Assembly (NCBI GenBank): GCA_026770705.1
Contig: JANJGN010000013.1
Coordinates: 23,250,001 to 23,314,000 of the forward strand
Length of the DNA: 64,000 nt
Direction: 5' to 3'
Origin: Isurus oxyrinchus
Taxonomy: Eukaryota
In this document: piece by piece, positions 25,254 through 38,253 of the stretch
How the letters are laid out: every line of letters begins with the position of its first letter
Numbering within the stretch: the stretch's first letter is position 1
Made by a program: the position numbers and the translations under genes
The notes under the pieces: model-generated
What the model was told of the DNA's origin: nothing
What the model saw: the letters and a program-made list of their open reading frames with translations, nothing else
Databases searched by the model: none

Positions 25254-26421
25254 GTACCACATGGTGTACATGGAAGGCTGTGAAAATGGGCAAACAACAA
25301 TAACTCAATGCTTGTTATTTTCAGATGGCTTCCAAGCACAACCTGCAATTACTCAGCAATAGGCTGCTGTAACTAAATACCAGGCAGAATGGGATGGCTT
25401 TTAACAACTGTACCCCAGATGGAATTAAAGTCTTGTTTGCACTGTCAATTTAACACAGAGTACAAAATAAGCATGGTGCAAGGCCTGAAAGTCCCAGAAA
25501 AGGAGCAGAATAATACAAGCCTAAACTGAGAATAGAAATTAAAATAAACTTTTTTTCCCACAGAGTAGTGAGAAGATTCCCAGCTATGTGGTACATTTTT
25601 TTTTATTGGTCCTCCTTGATCAGTAGTAGTATAGTTCAGTGGGCTTTGCACTTGTCCAAATCACGCTAACTTCACTCTTTATATCCCATTACTCATACAA
25701 GTTGAACTCCCAGCAGAGAATCTCTCAGAACCAGGTTTCTCATTGATTGAAGGATGGGACACCTGGCAGTGCAGTAGCCAAAATAGAGTTTCTGGAGGCA
25801 GCAGAAATCTTGGGATGTATGGAGGGGAAGAGTAGTTCTATGCAAGATTGCAGATTACACTTAGTTAGTTGTATAGATGGAAACAGGAAGTTACAAAGTT
25901 ACATAAACAAACTAAATGAAAAAAACTAAATGGCCTACTGATTTGGTAATTTATTATGGGAGCGTGTATGGTTATCCATCAGAAGAATTTTTAAATGGAG
26001 AGAAAATAGGGACCGTAGAGATGCAAAGGAATGTGGGTCTCCATGTACACACATTACTAAAGGCCAGTGCAAACATACAAAAAAATTAAAGTAGGCCAAT
26101 AGATGTTGCTCTTTATCTCAAAGGTGTTGGATTACAACAATGAAGAAGTGATTCTTCAGTTTATGATGGAATACCAGGTTCAACACTGAACCTCAAAGTT
26201 GTATCTGTCTTGAAAGGGGTTACTGTGCAAATTTACCGAAATGATACTGAAGTTTCAAGTGTTAAGTTAGCTGTTAACTAAAGTTAATTTGTTTTCCTTT
26301 GAGCCTTTTTTTGCACTAAGAAGTTACCTGAGCTACTTGCTACTTACAGGAGCATATTAATGTGTAGTCAGTTTTATTTACTTCAGTATTCTAAAAGCAT
26401 ATTTTCACTCTACTTTTGCAG

Positions 26422-26502
26422 GAACTCTATATTGACAAGGGCCCAGAATTTCACCATATTCATCAAAAACAGTATTCACTTCCCCAGGTTTGGGTTCACA
26501 AA
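26422..26502 (+). CDS. P2RX2: P2RX2 coding exon 6
   Basis: cag/ (R)NSILTRAQNFTIFIKNSIHFPRFGFT(K) /gtaagg; NFT motif, 81 nt. Confidence 0.94.
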
Positions 26503-26679
26503 GTAAGGTGGGAGTTGCTATTTTGAAATGTATCACTGCCTCAGTATGTTCTGTATGGTTAGCACTCAGCAGGTTACAATGACCACTTTCTTTGTTCAGA
26601 ATGCCACATCTTCTCTGTTGTTTACCAAGGGTTGGCAGAAAAAGCACATTCAGCATGTGGGATTTTTATGGGGCATAAC

Positions 26680-27160
26680 TCAGAACCATATACATTGCTA
26701 GGGGTTCTTCACTGAGGATTATATACATCTCTAGAGATAACACTGAAAGCTTTATACTTGTATCGCTGAGGAATGTCACCAGGAATTTCCTCCAGTTAAC
26801 TGCTATAACTTTACCGGGATAGAAAGTCAGTTTATGGGTCTATCCAGGGTTTCTGCTGATCTGATGATCAGGAGAGTCACCTAGGAGGTTCCTGGTATTT
26901 GTTCTAATTTAGGGGCATCACTGAGCGTTACATACATATGTAGGGATACTACTGAATGCTATATATACCCATGTAAGGGCCTCACTAAGGTTTATATACG
27001 TGTATTGCAGACACTTAGGAGGGAATGTACATGAATAAAGGATTCACTGAGGGTTCAATATATGTATAGGCATTACTGAAGATTATATACATGTATAGAG
27101 AACATTAGTTTGGACAATATATATGTATAGGAAACAACACTAAACATTCCGTACATATTT
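26680..27160. repeat. Degenerate ~30-bp minisatellite
   Basis: Recurring unit approximating CACTGAGNNTTATATACATGTATAGGGGAT, about 10 or more diverged copies. Confidence 0.6.
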
Positions 27161-27834
27161 TCTTCTTCCTTCTCTCCTCTGGATAATCTGTCTTTGACTT
27201 TTTTTTACCATTCTAAGGACAGCTGCCACCTTCTGGTATCATGTGCAACTGGTCGTGTAGAAAGATTTGGCTTGGTTCAGGGTTGGGCTATTATTTGAGC
27301 TGGATGCCCACTTAACAAGTATTGGTGAGCCATTAAGAGCCAAGTGCATAAATGAATTGTGTTAACTGTTGCTTCTGTAATGATATAGAGGCACCAATCA
27401 TTCATTGAATAAACACATAGGTCCATTTATTAAGAATAGATATGCATGGATATAAAACTTGAAGACATCAAAACTGCAGAGCTGTGCATGTGCGTGCTCT
27501 GCTGAAAACAAAAGCAAAACTACAACTTGATTGCTTGATACACTTCCTTTCTAGTGATGTCATGCTGCAGTCCCTTAGAGGCATATTACAATATTAACTA
27601 CAATTACCATTAAAATTTGTTATGGCATTTATTGTATGAAGAACTCTTCTTGGATTAGTAAATTAGTTAGATTGCATTAGCAATCACGTAACCCCCCCAA
27701 TCTATATTATAATACTGTACTATATAATAATCATCATATAAAAGTGCGGAATTTAAAAAAAATCTTTCATGGCAAGGCCAGCATTTGTTGCCCCTAGTTC
27801 TCGATTCTCCTATCAGAGAAAACATCCTCCTAGT

Positions 27835-28560
27835 GATGTGAGGTGAGATGACTGCCCTTGACGTCAAGGCTGCATTTGACCATGTGTGGCATCAAGGAGC
27901 CCTGGTAAAACTGGAGTCAATGGGAATCAGGAAAAACTCCCTAATGGTTGGAGTCATACCTAGCACAAAGGAAGATGGTTGTGGTTGTTGGAGGTCAGTC
28001 GTCTCAGTTCCAGGACATCATTGCAGGAGTTTCTCAGGGTAGTGCCCTAGGCCCAACCATCTTCAGCTGCTTCATCAATGACCTTCCTTCCATCATAAGG
28101 TCAGAAGTGGGGATGTTCGCTGATAATTGCACAATGTTCAGCATTCACGACTCCTCAGATACTGAAGCAGTCCATGTCCAAATGTAACAAGATCTGGACA
28201 ATATCCAGGCTTGGGCTAACAAATGGCAAGTAACATTTGCACCATACAAGTGCAAGGTAAGAACCATCTGCAACAAGTGAATCTAACCATTGCCCCTTGA
28301 TGTTCAATAGCATTATCATCACTGACTCCCCCGCTTTCAACATTCTGGGGGTTACCATTGACCAGGAACTGAACTGGACTAGCCATATAAATATTGTGGC
28401 TACAAGAGCAGGTCAGAGGCTAGGAATCCTGTGGCGCGTAACTCACCTCCTGACTCCCCAAAGCCTGTCCACTATCTACAAGGCACAAGTTAAGGCAATA
28501 AGGGATGGGCCATAAATGCTGGTCTGGCCAGCAAAGCCCACATCGTGTAAATGAATAATA
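27835..28560 (+). mobile_element. LINE RT fragment (family of 56458-59542)
   Basis: ALDVKAAFDHVWH, GVSQGSALGP, FADNC remnants and the shared 3' tail. Confidence 0.88.
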
Positions 28561-28564
28561 AAAA

Positions 28565-29926
28565 GTATCTACCCTGTCAAGCCCCCTCCAAATCTTACAT
28601 GTTTCAATAAGATCACCTCATTTTTCTAATCTCAAATGAATCCAGGCCCAATCCACTCAACCTTTGCTCTTAACACAACACCTTCATCGAGGAATCAGCT
28701 TAGTGAACCTTCCCTGAACTGCTTCTAATGTAAGTATATTCCTCTTTAAGAAAGGAGGCCAAAGCTGTACACAGTACTGCAAATGCATTCTCACCAATGC
28801 CCTGTACAGCTGCAGGCAGACTTACCTACTTTTATACTCCATCCCTCTTACAATCAAGGCTAACATTCCATTTGTCTTCCTAATTACTTGCTGTACCTGC
28901 ATCTATAGTTCAGGTACAAGTACACCAGATCCCCATGTATTACAGATTTCTGCAGTCTTTCTCCATTTAAGTAATATTCTGATTTTCTATTCTTCCTGCC
29001 AAAGTGAAAAATCTCACATTATACTCCATCTGCCAGTTTTCTTCCCCAATCACTTAACCTATCTATATCCCTTTGCAGACTCATTGTATCCTCCTCACAA
29101 TTTGCTTTCCTACCTATAATTGTATCAGCAGCAAATTTAGTCACCACACAGTTGGTCCCTTCATCCAAGTCACTAATAGAGATTGTAAATGGTTTGAGGC
29201 CCCAGCTCTGATCCATGCAACACTCCACTAGTTACAGTTTGCCGATCTGAAAATGACCCATTTATCCTGACTCTGTTTCCTGTTAGTTAACCAATCCCAT
29301 ACAAATACCAAAATATCACCTTCAACACCATGAGCTCTTATCCTATGCAGCACCTTTTATGTGGCCTTCTGGAAACCCAAATACACTCCATCTGCTGGTT
29401 CTTTTTTATTCACCCTGCTTGTTACATCTTCAAAGAACTCTGATAAATTTGTCAAACATCATTTCCTTTTCACAAAATGTTGACGCTAGATTGTATTACA
29501 ATATTCTAGGTCTCCTGCTCCCACACCCTTAATATATTTTAGCATTTTTCCAATGACAGATGTTAGATTAACTGGCCTATCGTTTCCTGCTCTCTTTCTC
29601 CCTCCTTTCTTGAATAGTAATGTTGCATTTGCAGTTTTCTAATCTGCTTGGAGCTTTCCAGTTCTAGGGAATTTTGGAAGATTGCAACCAATGCACCCAT
29701 TATCTCTGCAGCCACTTCCTTTAAAGACCCCAGGATGCAGGCCATCAAGTCCAAGGGACTTGACAGCCTTTAGTCCCATTAGTTTTCCTGGTCATGATTG
29801 TTTTAAATTCCTTCCTTCCTTTTGCCTTTTGATTTTCTACTGTTCTTGGGATGTTTTCTGTGTCCTCTACTGTGAAGACAGATGGAAAAGGTCTTTTCCC
29901 TGTTCCCTGGGTGGTTTCAGAACATA
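28565..29926 (-). mobile_element. CR1 LINE fragment, continued at 35275-35530 after the Harbinger insertion
   Basis: RT remnants (KFAADT, LKEVAAEI). Sequence at 29900-29926 joins 35275 onward as a contiguous CR1 endonuclease region (GVIYRP). Confidence 0.85.
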
Positions 29927-30169
29927 GGGCTGAATTTTGCGTTTGTCGAGCGGGTGGGGAGCCGATTGCCGATGTCGAAACAGGCCGCACCGCCATTTTG
30001 CACGGGCGGACCAATTAAGGCCCACCCAGCATGTTTCAGACTCCCGTGTCCAATGGGAAAATTAAACAGGCGGCGGGTGTGTTCAGACCACCTGTTCCTA
30101 TGGGGACCCAGCAGTGTGTATAAAGAACAACCGGGCAGCCTCCGTTAGGCTGTTGACCAGGGCCAGTCA

Positions 30170-33100
30170 TTGGGCAGCACAAATGTGAGGGCAGAGGAGG
30201 AGGAGGGGGGCAGGCTGCAGGGTGGGCCAGCGGGGGGGAGCCACTGTGCCCCTCAGTTCTCAGATGCCTGCCTTGCTGTCCTCCTCCTGGAAGAGTGTCA
30301 AACCATCAGGAGGTGTTGTTTCCAGAGGATGGGAGGAGGAGGGCCCCCCACGTCACCAGGCAGGCCTGGCAGGAGGTGGCAGAGGCTGTTAGCTCTCAGG
30401 ATGATGTGCGGCGCACAGGAACCCAGTGCCGCAAGTGCTTCAATGATTTGCTGCACTGTGGAAGGGTGAGTATCATGTCAGCCTTGACCATTTGACCCAG
30501 CAGGTAGCCTTAGCCTTTGAGGCACCCCCCCCCCCCCCGTCTTAGTGTCATTACTGCATTGGGCATTTGGCGCACGCTGGGTGGGCAAACGGGTACTGAC
30601 CATGCTTATATCAGCCTTAGTGGTTGAGGAGAAGATGGGTTCTCCCTGCAGCATATGTTGGTGTTTGCCGCGTTTGAGTAGTCAGAGGGCAACCTGCAGG
30701 GGAGGCAGCTAGACACATACTCAGAACTCCAACACATGTCATATTGATGGTGATGAGATGGTGGAAGGGGAGCCTCAAGGTGTCGTGGCCAAGAGCCATC
30801 TGCTGGCCTTGGCGCTGCACCTAGTTGTGCCTCCTTGCCATGGGCGCTAAGACCCATGTGTTATTCAAAGTGATGGACGCCAAATGTGTCCAAGGTGGCC
30901 ATTGGAGGAGGGGGTTGGGAGCAGCCGTACTATCTTCTGGGGACTGATCACCAGTAGTGTGGACAGGAGCTGCTGGAGGCCTCAGATGGGCCACTGTGGT
31001 TGGGCTGCGGCGGTGCATGCAGAGTACATGAGTGATCAGCCCCAATAAATGCTTTTCTCTGTCCTGCAGGCAAAAACAGAGCACAATAGCCAGGAGCGTT
31101 TGCGGACTGGAGGTGGGCACGCCGTGCTGCAGCACCTCACCACTTAAGAGGAGCTGGCCATGGAGCTGGGGAGGAGGCAGGTGGCCAGGTCAGCAGGTGT
31201 CGGTGAGGCTGGGGTGCAGCGGCCAGGTATTTGAGGGTCACAGTCCCATCCACTCTGTCTGCCCACCATCCAAAACACTGATGGTTGCTGCAATCATTAA
31301 TGCTGCAACACTGCTCATTCACAGACTGATACAGTCAGACATGTGGGTCATATGCGAAGGTTCCTCGGCCTCTTGAGGATGTGCATCTCTAGCACCTTCC
31401 AAAGTCATCTTATCCCATTTGTGACCACTATCCCCATGGCCTAACATGCCATGGCATTGCTGCTGCACAGCCAAAGGCTTATTGCATCTTAGGGTTTGTA
31501 CCTCCACCACCCTTTCAGCCAGTGCGTCCCACATTACTCAGCACCTCACCTGTCAACCTCATGGCACTCAAATAAATGCCACCATGTTAGTCATCCCTGC
31601 GCCAAGGAGAAATGTTGCCTTCTGCCCACCCGGTCTATGCCCCTCATAATGGTATGAAGGTCAATAATGTGACCTGTCAATCTCCTGTGCTCCATGGCAA
31701 ATGTCACAAGTGTTTGCAATGTTTCCTCATCACTCCAACTCTCTAGGCCAGCATGCATCCTGGTCAGGACCCTCTGCACTCTCTCCACTCCAATCCCATC
31801 CCTCCAATGAAGCGCTGATCACAACTGAACGCAGAAGTGTAGATGTGGCCTCGACAGCGTTTCCTGCACTTGCAACATGACCTCCCTTTTCCTACATTCT
31901 ATTCCTTGGCTAATAAAGGCAAGTCTGGCTTCAACCCTATTAAATGCTTTATGTTCCTGTTCTGCTACCTTAACTGGTCTGCCCAGCCATGTCCCTGTAA
32001 TCATCGTGACTTCCCACGTCCTACCATTACTCATGTATTCCCGTACCTTGTTTGTCTTGCCCAAGTGCTTAACCTCACACTTATCCACATAACATTCCAT
32101 GTGGCATTCCTTAGGCCATCTGACCAGCCTGCCTGTATGCGTGTGTAATGTTTGGGCCTCCTCTTGACTATTTACCACCCACCAATATTTGTCTCCTTAG
32201 GTTCTTGAAGGCTGAGCGCATTATAAGGCTGGGGGAGAAAGGGATGAAAGGCGTTACTGACTGAACGCTAACTGATGCACTATCCTTGTTGTTAATTTCA
32301 GCATCACCACCGCCTGGCCATCACCAACAAGTCCAGAGACCCCCTCCACACCTGGGGACCAACACTTGCAACTTGCATAACATCCTTTCAGCGAGCCAGA
32401 CACCAGCGCAGGGACAAACACTTCGGTGGGGATTATGACATCGGTTAGTGTCCCAGGGCACAGTGGAGAGGGCACTTCACAATTGCTGGAGGAGATGGCA
32501 TGGATAGAGAGTGCTGATGATGTCAGCAGCCGGAGGACTGCAGGGGACCAGGCACATGCTGAGTCGGGCAGTGATGATGTGCCTCTGGAGATGTCAGCCA
32601 TGCAGCCGCTGCAGGACAAGCAGCTGGGTGCATGGGAGCATCTGGCAGGGTTGCATGAGGGTGTGCTTCACTTGGTCTCTGTGGTGGAGGAATCCAGGCA
32701 GAGTGTCAGTGATGGCATGAACCTCAGGACAGAGCTTCAGGTTTCCTCCATTGAGAGATTAGCGTTTCTCATGGAGAGGGGCTTCCAAAAGATTGAGAAT
32801 CTTCTGCTTGGGTTACACTCTGACCTGCAAGCCGTCACAGCACTATTGGCCACAGGTGGTCATTCGCAATGTGGGAGATGTTCTGGGCACCAAGTGTCGC
32901 TGCTCGGTTTCCATCCACCTGCGGTGAGCAGGGAGGTCCAATATGACCTCACGTCGGCGCAGCAGCTGCCTGTCGTCGCTGCGAGCTCCTCTCAGAGCAC
33001 TCCAGATGAGGCCCCTCTGCCAGTGACTGTTGCATCTGTTGAGGCTGCGATGACTGGGGAGGTGCCAGTTCTGGAACTGGCCACTCCCTCCCAGGTGGGG

Positions 33101-33250
33101 CCAGCACAGGCTCCACGGGCCAGAGGACAACCGCCAAGGTCATTGAGGCCAACAGCACAGCAGAGTCAGCAGGCTGTCTCACAAGCCAATCCAAGCGATG
33201 GGGCGGTATCTAGACATAGCAGCTGCAAATGTAAGGAGAAGGCACATTAG
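30170..33250 (+). pseudogene. Harbinger Myb/SANT-like DNA-binding gene, 3 exons (~30170-30465, 31070-31226, 32302-33250)
   Basis: APQFSDACL, AWQEVAEAVS, RTGTQCRKCFNDL|gtgagt; exon 2 HNSQERLRTGGG; 274-aa last-exon ORF; AATAAA at ~33351. A frameshift and a stop codon are present. Confidence 0.82.
31450..32195 (-). mobile_element. Highly diverged CR1 RT 3' fragment inside the Harbinger Myb intron
   Basis: DKCEVKHLGK, RPHLHFCVQL, ERVQRVLTRM, RRLTGHIIDLHTIMRGIDRV remnants. Confidence 0.8.
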
Positions 33251-33563
33251 GCACTCCATGGGTATGTCACTGGTGATTTTGTTTTGTCCTTAGATTAGGG
33301 AATATATCATTATGTGCGTCAGAGCAACACTTGTGGTTTATTTTGGTGGCAATAAAGTCCACATTTGTGACCATGGCTGAGGATTGTGCTGCATTTGTCT
33401 GTTTCACAGACATATCATGAGTGTTTGAGTGGACATTGATGTTTCTGTACTAAGCCCTTAGTTGCAGCTGATGAGGTAGAAGATGTGGCACCTAAGTGCC
33501 ACATGTGGAAGCGCCAGGCAATGCTGGCCCTGCTGATCCATGTGTGTGGAGCTGGCTGAAGGT

Positions 33564-34780
33564 TCATTGGATTAAAGTTTCCCGGGTGTCCCTGCCTCCT
33601 TGGTGTAGTAGCAGGTCGGCGTGCTGCCCCTCATCATCGCCCTGTGCTTCTTCATCCTCTGAGCCACTGCTGGATTCATCATGTGCAGCCTCATCCACTG
33701 CGTTAAGTTCCTCATTGTCAACTGCATCCTCCCTTTCCAATGCAAGATTGTGCAGAGTGCAGCATGCTACCACTATCACAGAGACGCGATCTGGGGGTAC
33801 TGGAGTGCGCCCCCTGAGCGGTCCAGGCAATGGAAGCGCATCTTGAGAAGACCGATAGCTCTCACCATCACAGCCCTTGTGGTGCCGTGGCTCCTATTGT
33901 AGCGCTGCTCAGCTTCTGTTCTTGGATGGCGGAGAGGCGTCATGAGCCACCTTCTGAGGGGATAGCACTGGTCACTTGGCAGCCATCCATCCAGCCTAGT
34001 CGGAGCACTGAAGAGCCCTGGCACCTGGGAGTGTCTGAGGATGTAGGCGTCGTGGGAGCTGCCTGGGTACCTTGCATAAACTTGCAGAATCAGCATCCTG
34101 TGATCACACACTATCTGCACGTTCATGAAGCCCTTCCTGTTGACGAAGGCATTGGGCTCACCTGCTGACGCCTTGATGGCCACATGTGTACAGTCTATAG
34201 CACCCTGGACACAGGGGAAGCCAGCAATGGCCACAAAGCCTCTAGTTTGCTGTGCCTGGCTTGCCTGGTCGCAGTGGAAGTGGATAAAGGTCAATGCACG
34301 CCTGAACAGGGCGTCTGTCACCTGCCTAACACAAGTGTGGACAGCTGATTGGGAGACACCGCAAAGATCACCCACCGAGCCCTGGAAGGAGCCAGAGGCA
34401 TAGAAGTGGAGGGCAACTCTGACCTTCAGAGCCACTGGCATGGGTTATCCACCCACACAGTTAGGGGATATCTCAGGGCCAATCATCTGACAGATATAGT
34501 TCACTGTCCCCCTTGAGAGTCGGAGCCTCCTTCAGCACTGCACCTCAGTCATATTGAGGTAGCTGCTTCACCCCCTGTATACCCTGGCAGTAGGATACTG
34601 GCATCTTCTGCGGCCCCTTGCACCTTGGACAACCTCTTGGCCCTGTACCCCTTGTGCCTGCGCCTGGCCTTCCAATGGTGGCTCCCCTGGAGGCTAATTC
34701 TCCACTCCTGGCCTCCTTCTTATTCTATCCCTCCCTTCCTCCTCAGAGGAGCTGCCTCCAGTGGAGATGTCAGAACCCAT
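33564..34780 (-). pseudogene. Harbinger HARBI1-like DDE transposase
   Basis: ALHFYASGSFQ, GAIDCTHV, YPGSSHDAYI, LLKMRFHCLDRSGGAL, ACCTLHN. The expected catalytic Glu position reads Val (MVRAIG); frameshifted. Confidence 0.92.
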
Positions 34781-35804
34781 ACCCCCAGGCTAAATGGAGG
34801 CCTCCGGAAAGCTGCAGGTCCAGTAAAGATTACTGTCTGCAGCCTGGTGAGCTGAAGCTTCAAAGTACAGAGAAAGCTATTGGAAATCGATCTGAACTGC
34901 TAACAATCACATAGGCAAGCTTAAAACATTTTCTGCTTTAAATACTTCACATAAAACATTAACAACCCCTCTGAACCCACATATCCCGCCCGTGGATGAG
35001 GTTTATTAAAAAATCACTTACCTGCCTGCCCATGCGCTGAGGCGAAGATCGCACGGGCCCCTCAAAATCGGCGTCAATTGCCAAGTTAAGGGCCTTAACA
35101 AGACCTTTAATTAATGGCGGGGTGCGCATCACGCTTCATCGCACACCTGTGCAGCTACATATTGCGATGCTGCACGCTGAGGTCAGGACGCTCACCCGAC
35201 ATCAGCGCACAACACTTTAAGTGCTGACGTGTGAGCTCCGTCACCCGCACGTCATACATAAAATTCTGCCCATATTATTCCAAAAAACTGTCCCAATACA
35301 CTCTAAGAACTCATCCTCCAGCAAATTTCTGCCAATTTGATTCATCCAATCTAAGTAAAGATTAAAATCTCCCATGATTATTTGAGTACTTTTTTTTATA
35401 AGCCCCCGTTATATCTCGATTTGTACTCTGTCCTTCGGTATAGTTACTGTCATGGGGCCTATAAATCACCCCCACCAATAACTCCTTTCCTTTGCTATTT
35501 CTTATCTTCACCCAAACGGATTCTACACCTTGCATGTAGAAAAACATCCCAGGTTGTTTCACAGAAGAAGAATACAAACCAAAGGGCACTAATGGTGGGG
35601 GTGCACACAAAAGAGGCCAAAATCACAGGAATGCAGAGTGTGTGTTTGGGGTTTGTATATCGGAGAGGGAAAGATCATGAAATGAGTTTCGGGTTAGAAG
35701 GGGAGAATTTTAAATCTCAGATATTGAAGGACTGGAAGTTGGTCCAGATCAGTGAAGGCATGGGATTGGATGGCTGCATAGGGTTTGGTGCAGGATAAGT
35801 ATAG

Positions 35805-37230
35805 GAACAAGAACAGGGGTAGGCCATTAAGCTGCTGAGCCTGTTCTGTCACTCAATTAGATTATGGCAGACCTGTACCTCAATTCTATTTACTCATTTT
35901 GGTCCATATCCTTTACTGACCTCCATCTTGAAAATTTCGATTGACCTGGCATCCATAACCTTTTAGGGCAATTGCTTGAATTTCCATTACCCCCTAAATG
36001 GCTTAGCTCATAGCCTTCTGGAATCCTCCACAAAATGAAATATCAAATCCTGTTCTCATTTTTGTAGAGCTCAATGTAACCATCTGATCTCAAGGAAATG
36101 ATCATTATTATTACTATCTCTTGAAAGCAAGGATGATTGTCTTCTATGAGTCTGAAGGACATGTGCTCGGAAAGAGCAGCGCCTGTGCGCAACATCTTTT
36201 AGCGTGGAGAAACTGATGCACACCAGCTTCCACATGTGTCTTGACTGAATGAAACCTTGATCTATTGGCAAGAAAACCAAGATGATTGGAGGTTTTGTTC
36301 TGCTGCAGCCTTTGTCCACCAGAACAGCTATTGAGATATTCCAGATGGCACATCTTCCTCAGCATGTTCTGCCATTAAGGACAGGTTTGCCAGAACCCCA
36401 GCTGCTGAATATTTCTACAGCTCCTAACAATCCTTCATTGTAACCGAAGCGACCCAGGACATAAGGAGTCCCACCATATTTCACGCTCTTTTGGTCAACC
36501 CTTTCTTATTCATTGCCAACTTTTTGCAGTGAGGATGAGGGGTTGGACTCTCAAGTCAAGGGAATACAAGTCAAGTTTATGTAGTCTATCCTCAAAATGC
36601 AACCCCTTCAACCCTGGCATAATTCTAATAAACTTGTACTGTATTCCATTGTAGACCAGTGTATCTTTCCTGAGATTTGTTGCCTAAAACTGAACATGGT
36701 ACTCCCATTGTATTTGGCCAAGGCTTTGTATAATTGAAACATCACTTTTACACTTTTGTATTCCAATATAAATGCCAACATTTCTTTAGCTTTTTAAAGT
36801 TACTTTTCATACCTGCGCACTAGCTTTTAATCTGTATCTTCAGTGTTAAACTGACAGATCTGTAGTTACCTCATTTTACTTTCACTTCTTACATAATAGA
36901 GCAGTATCTTATATTTTCTTGTCTAAAAATACAATTCCTGAATCAAGAGAGCTTTGGAAAATTATGACTGACTCATCTGTAACTTCCCTAGCTAGTGCTT
37001 TTAGTACTCTGGGGTGGAAACCATCATTCTGGAGATTTGTCCATCTTAAGTCCCATTATTTTCTCCATTACCATCTATTACTTATATTAAACCACAATAT
37101 TGCTTTGCTGATCTTATTTCTGTTATCTTGTTCCACTGATATTTTGTCCTCTTCCTCCATTGTAAAAAGAGATACAAAGTATTAATTTAACAAGTCTATA
37201 ATTTCCTTATTGTCCATCATGTCTTTACCA
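35805..37230 (-). mobile_element. Old CR1 fragments with an unrelated ~550-bp insert (36050-36590)
   Basis: CR1 tail at 35805 and RT remnants from 36590. The insert may be an RTE-type 5' UTR; this is from recollection only and unverified. Confidence 0.55.
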
Positions 37231-38034
37231 TTCTCTGTGTGTATATATGTTTTGGTGCTGAGGCAGCCTAGGAAACCTGTTTGGCGAAGATCCAAATGGA
37301 GTTGCTGGTAAGGTGGGCATGCATTTGGAGGTGACATATTTAAGGACTTAAGAGGAAGGGAAAATTGGAGACATGGTGATAGTTTAAGGACAAAGGAGTC
37401 AAAGTTATGTTTTTTGAGAAGTAAAGTTAATGAAGGTAGCTTTGAAAAAGAGGGGATCTTTAAGACAGAGTACCATTTTCAGATATCATTTAGAATGGGG
37501 GCCAAGAAAGGAAACTAAGTGATTAGCAGTTGAAGGGATACAGGAGGTGGTATCTCCCTGATTCTGATTCTGCAGTGTGTCTCTCCTCCAGTTGCAACTC
37601 CTTCAGGTATTGAAGAAGAGGTGGACAGTTTTATAATGAGATCTCCTGTATGAGCAGGTTGACATAAGAGTTTTCAATGGTTTCCATGTCCAACATACCA
37701 CATGTCCTATGCTATTAATAGACGGGATATTGTTAAACAAACTGAGTTAACAAATCAGATTAGGTTTAATTTAACAACTTGTTTCTTTTTAAATAATTTA
37801 TAAAGTTCCATTTAAAAAAAACACAGGATTTATAAAGACAAACGTTTGGTTATAGTTTACATGAATATCTGTTTTAGACAGTACTAATTTTAGGAAAAGA
37901 TGCTCAATGTATTTTGATTTATTGAGAAGGCTTTAATTTTTTAAATTACCATCAGGATTGTTGACTTTAAGCAATAGCGAAATTCTGATTCTATTATTAT
38001 TTATTCATCATTATTTCTGACATTTTTTCCCCAG

Positions 38035-38176
38035 AGGAAACATTCAGAGAAATAGAGACCCAGAGTATTTGAGAAGCTGCAATTTTGATGAGGAGACCAA
38101 CCTCTATTGTCCCATTTTTCCTTTGAGCTTAATTATTGAGAAAGCAGGAGAGACGTTTGACAACCTCAGCCAAACG
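38035..38176 (+). CDS. P2RX2: P2RX2 coding exon 7
   Basis: cag/ GNIQRNRDPEYLRSCNFDEETNLYCPIFPLSLIIEKAGETFDNLSQT /gtacag; YCPIF motif. Confidence 0.94.
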
Positions 38177-38253
38177 GTACAGCAATTTATGTTCATTGTA
38201 CTATAAACCTAGTTATCAAGGGTGCCATTTTTTTCTGTAACCACACACTCATT

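Larger units (their letters stand above)
29927..35271. mobile_element. Full-length two-gene PIF/Harbinger DNA transposon (inactive)
   Basis: TIRs GGGCTGAATTTT / AAAATTCTGCCC; 3-bp TSD ATA at 29924-29926 and 35272-35274; convergent Myb/SANT and DDE transposase genes. Confidence 0.92.

Noticed and set aside
26680-27160. CRISPR-like array
   Set aside because: Units are degenerate with no constant repeat and unique spacer pattern; eukaryotic context and no cas genes.
27376-27590. Possible solo LTR (TGTAAT...ATTACA)
   Set aside because: Terminal motifs fit, but there is no TSD and no second copy in the window.
33776-34441. Domesticated HARBI1 host gene
   Set aside because: Lies between TIRs with a TSD, is frameshifted and lacks the catalytic Glu; it is a transposon copy.
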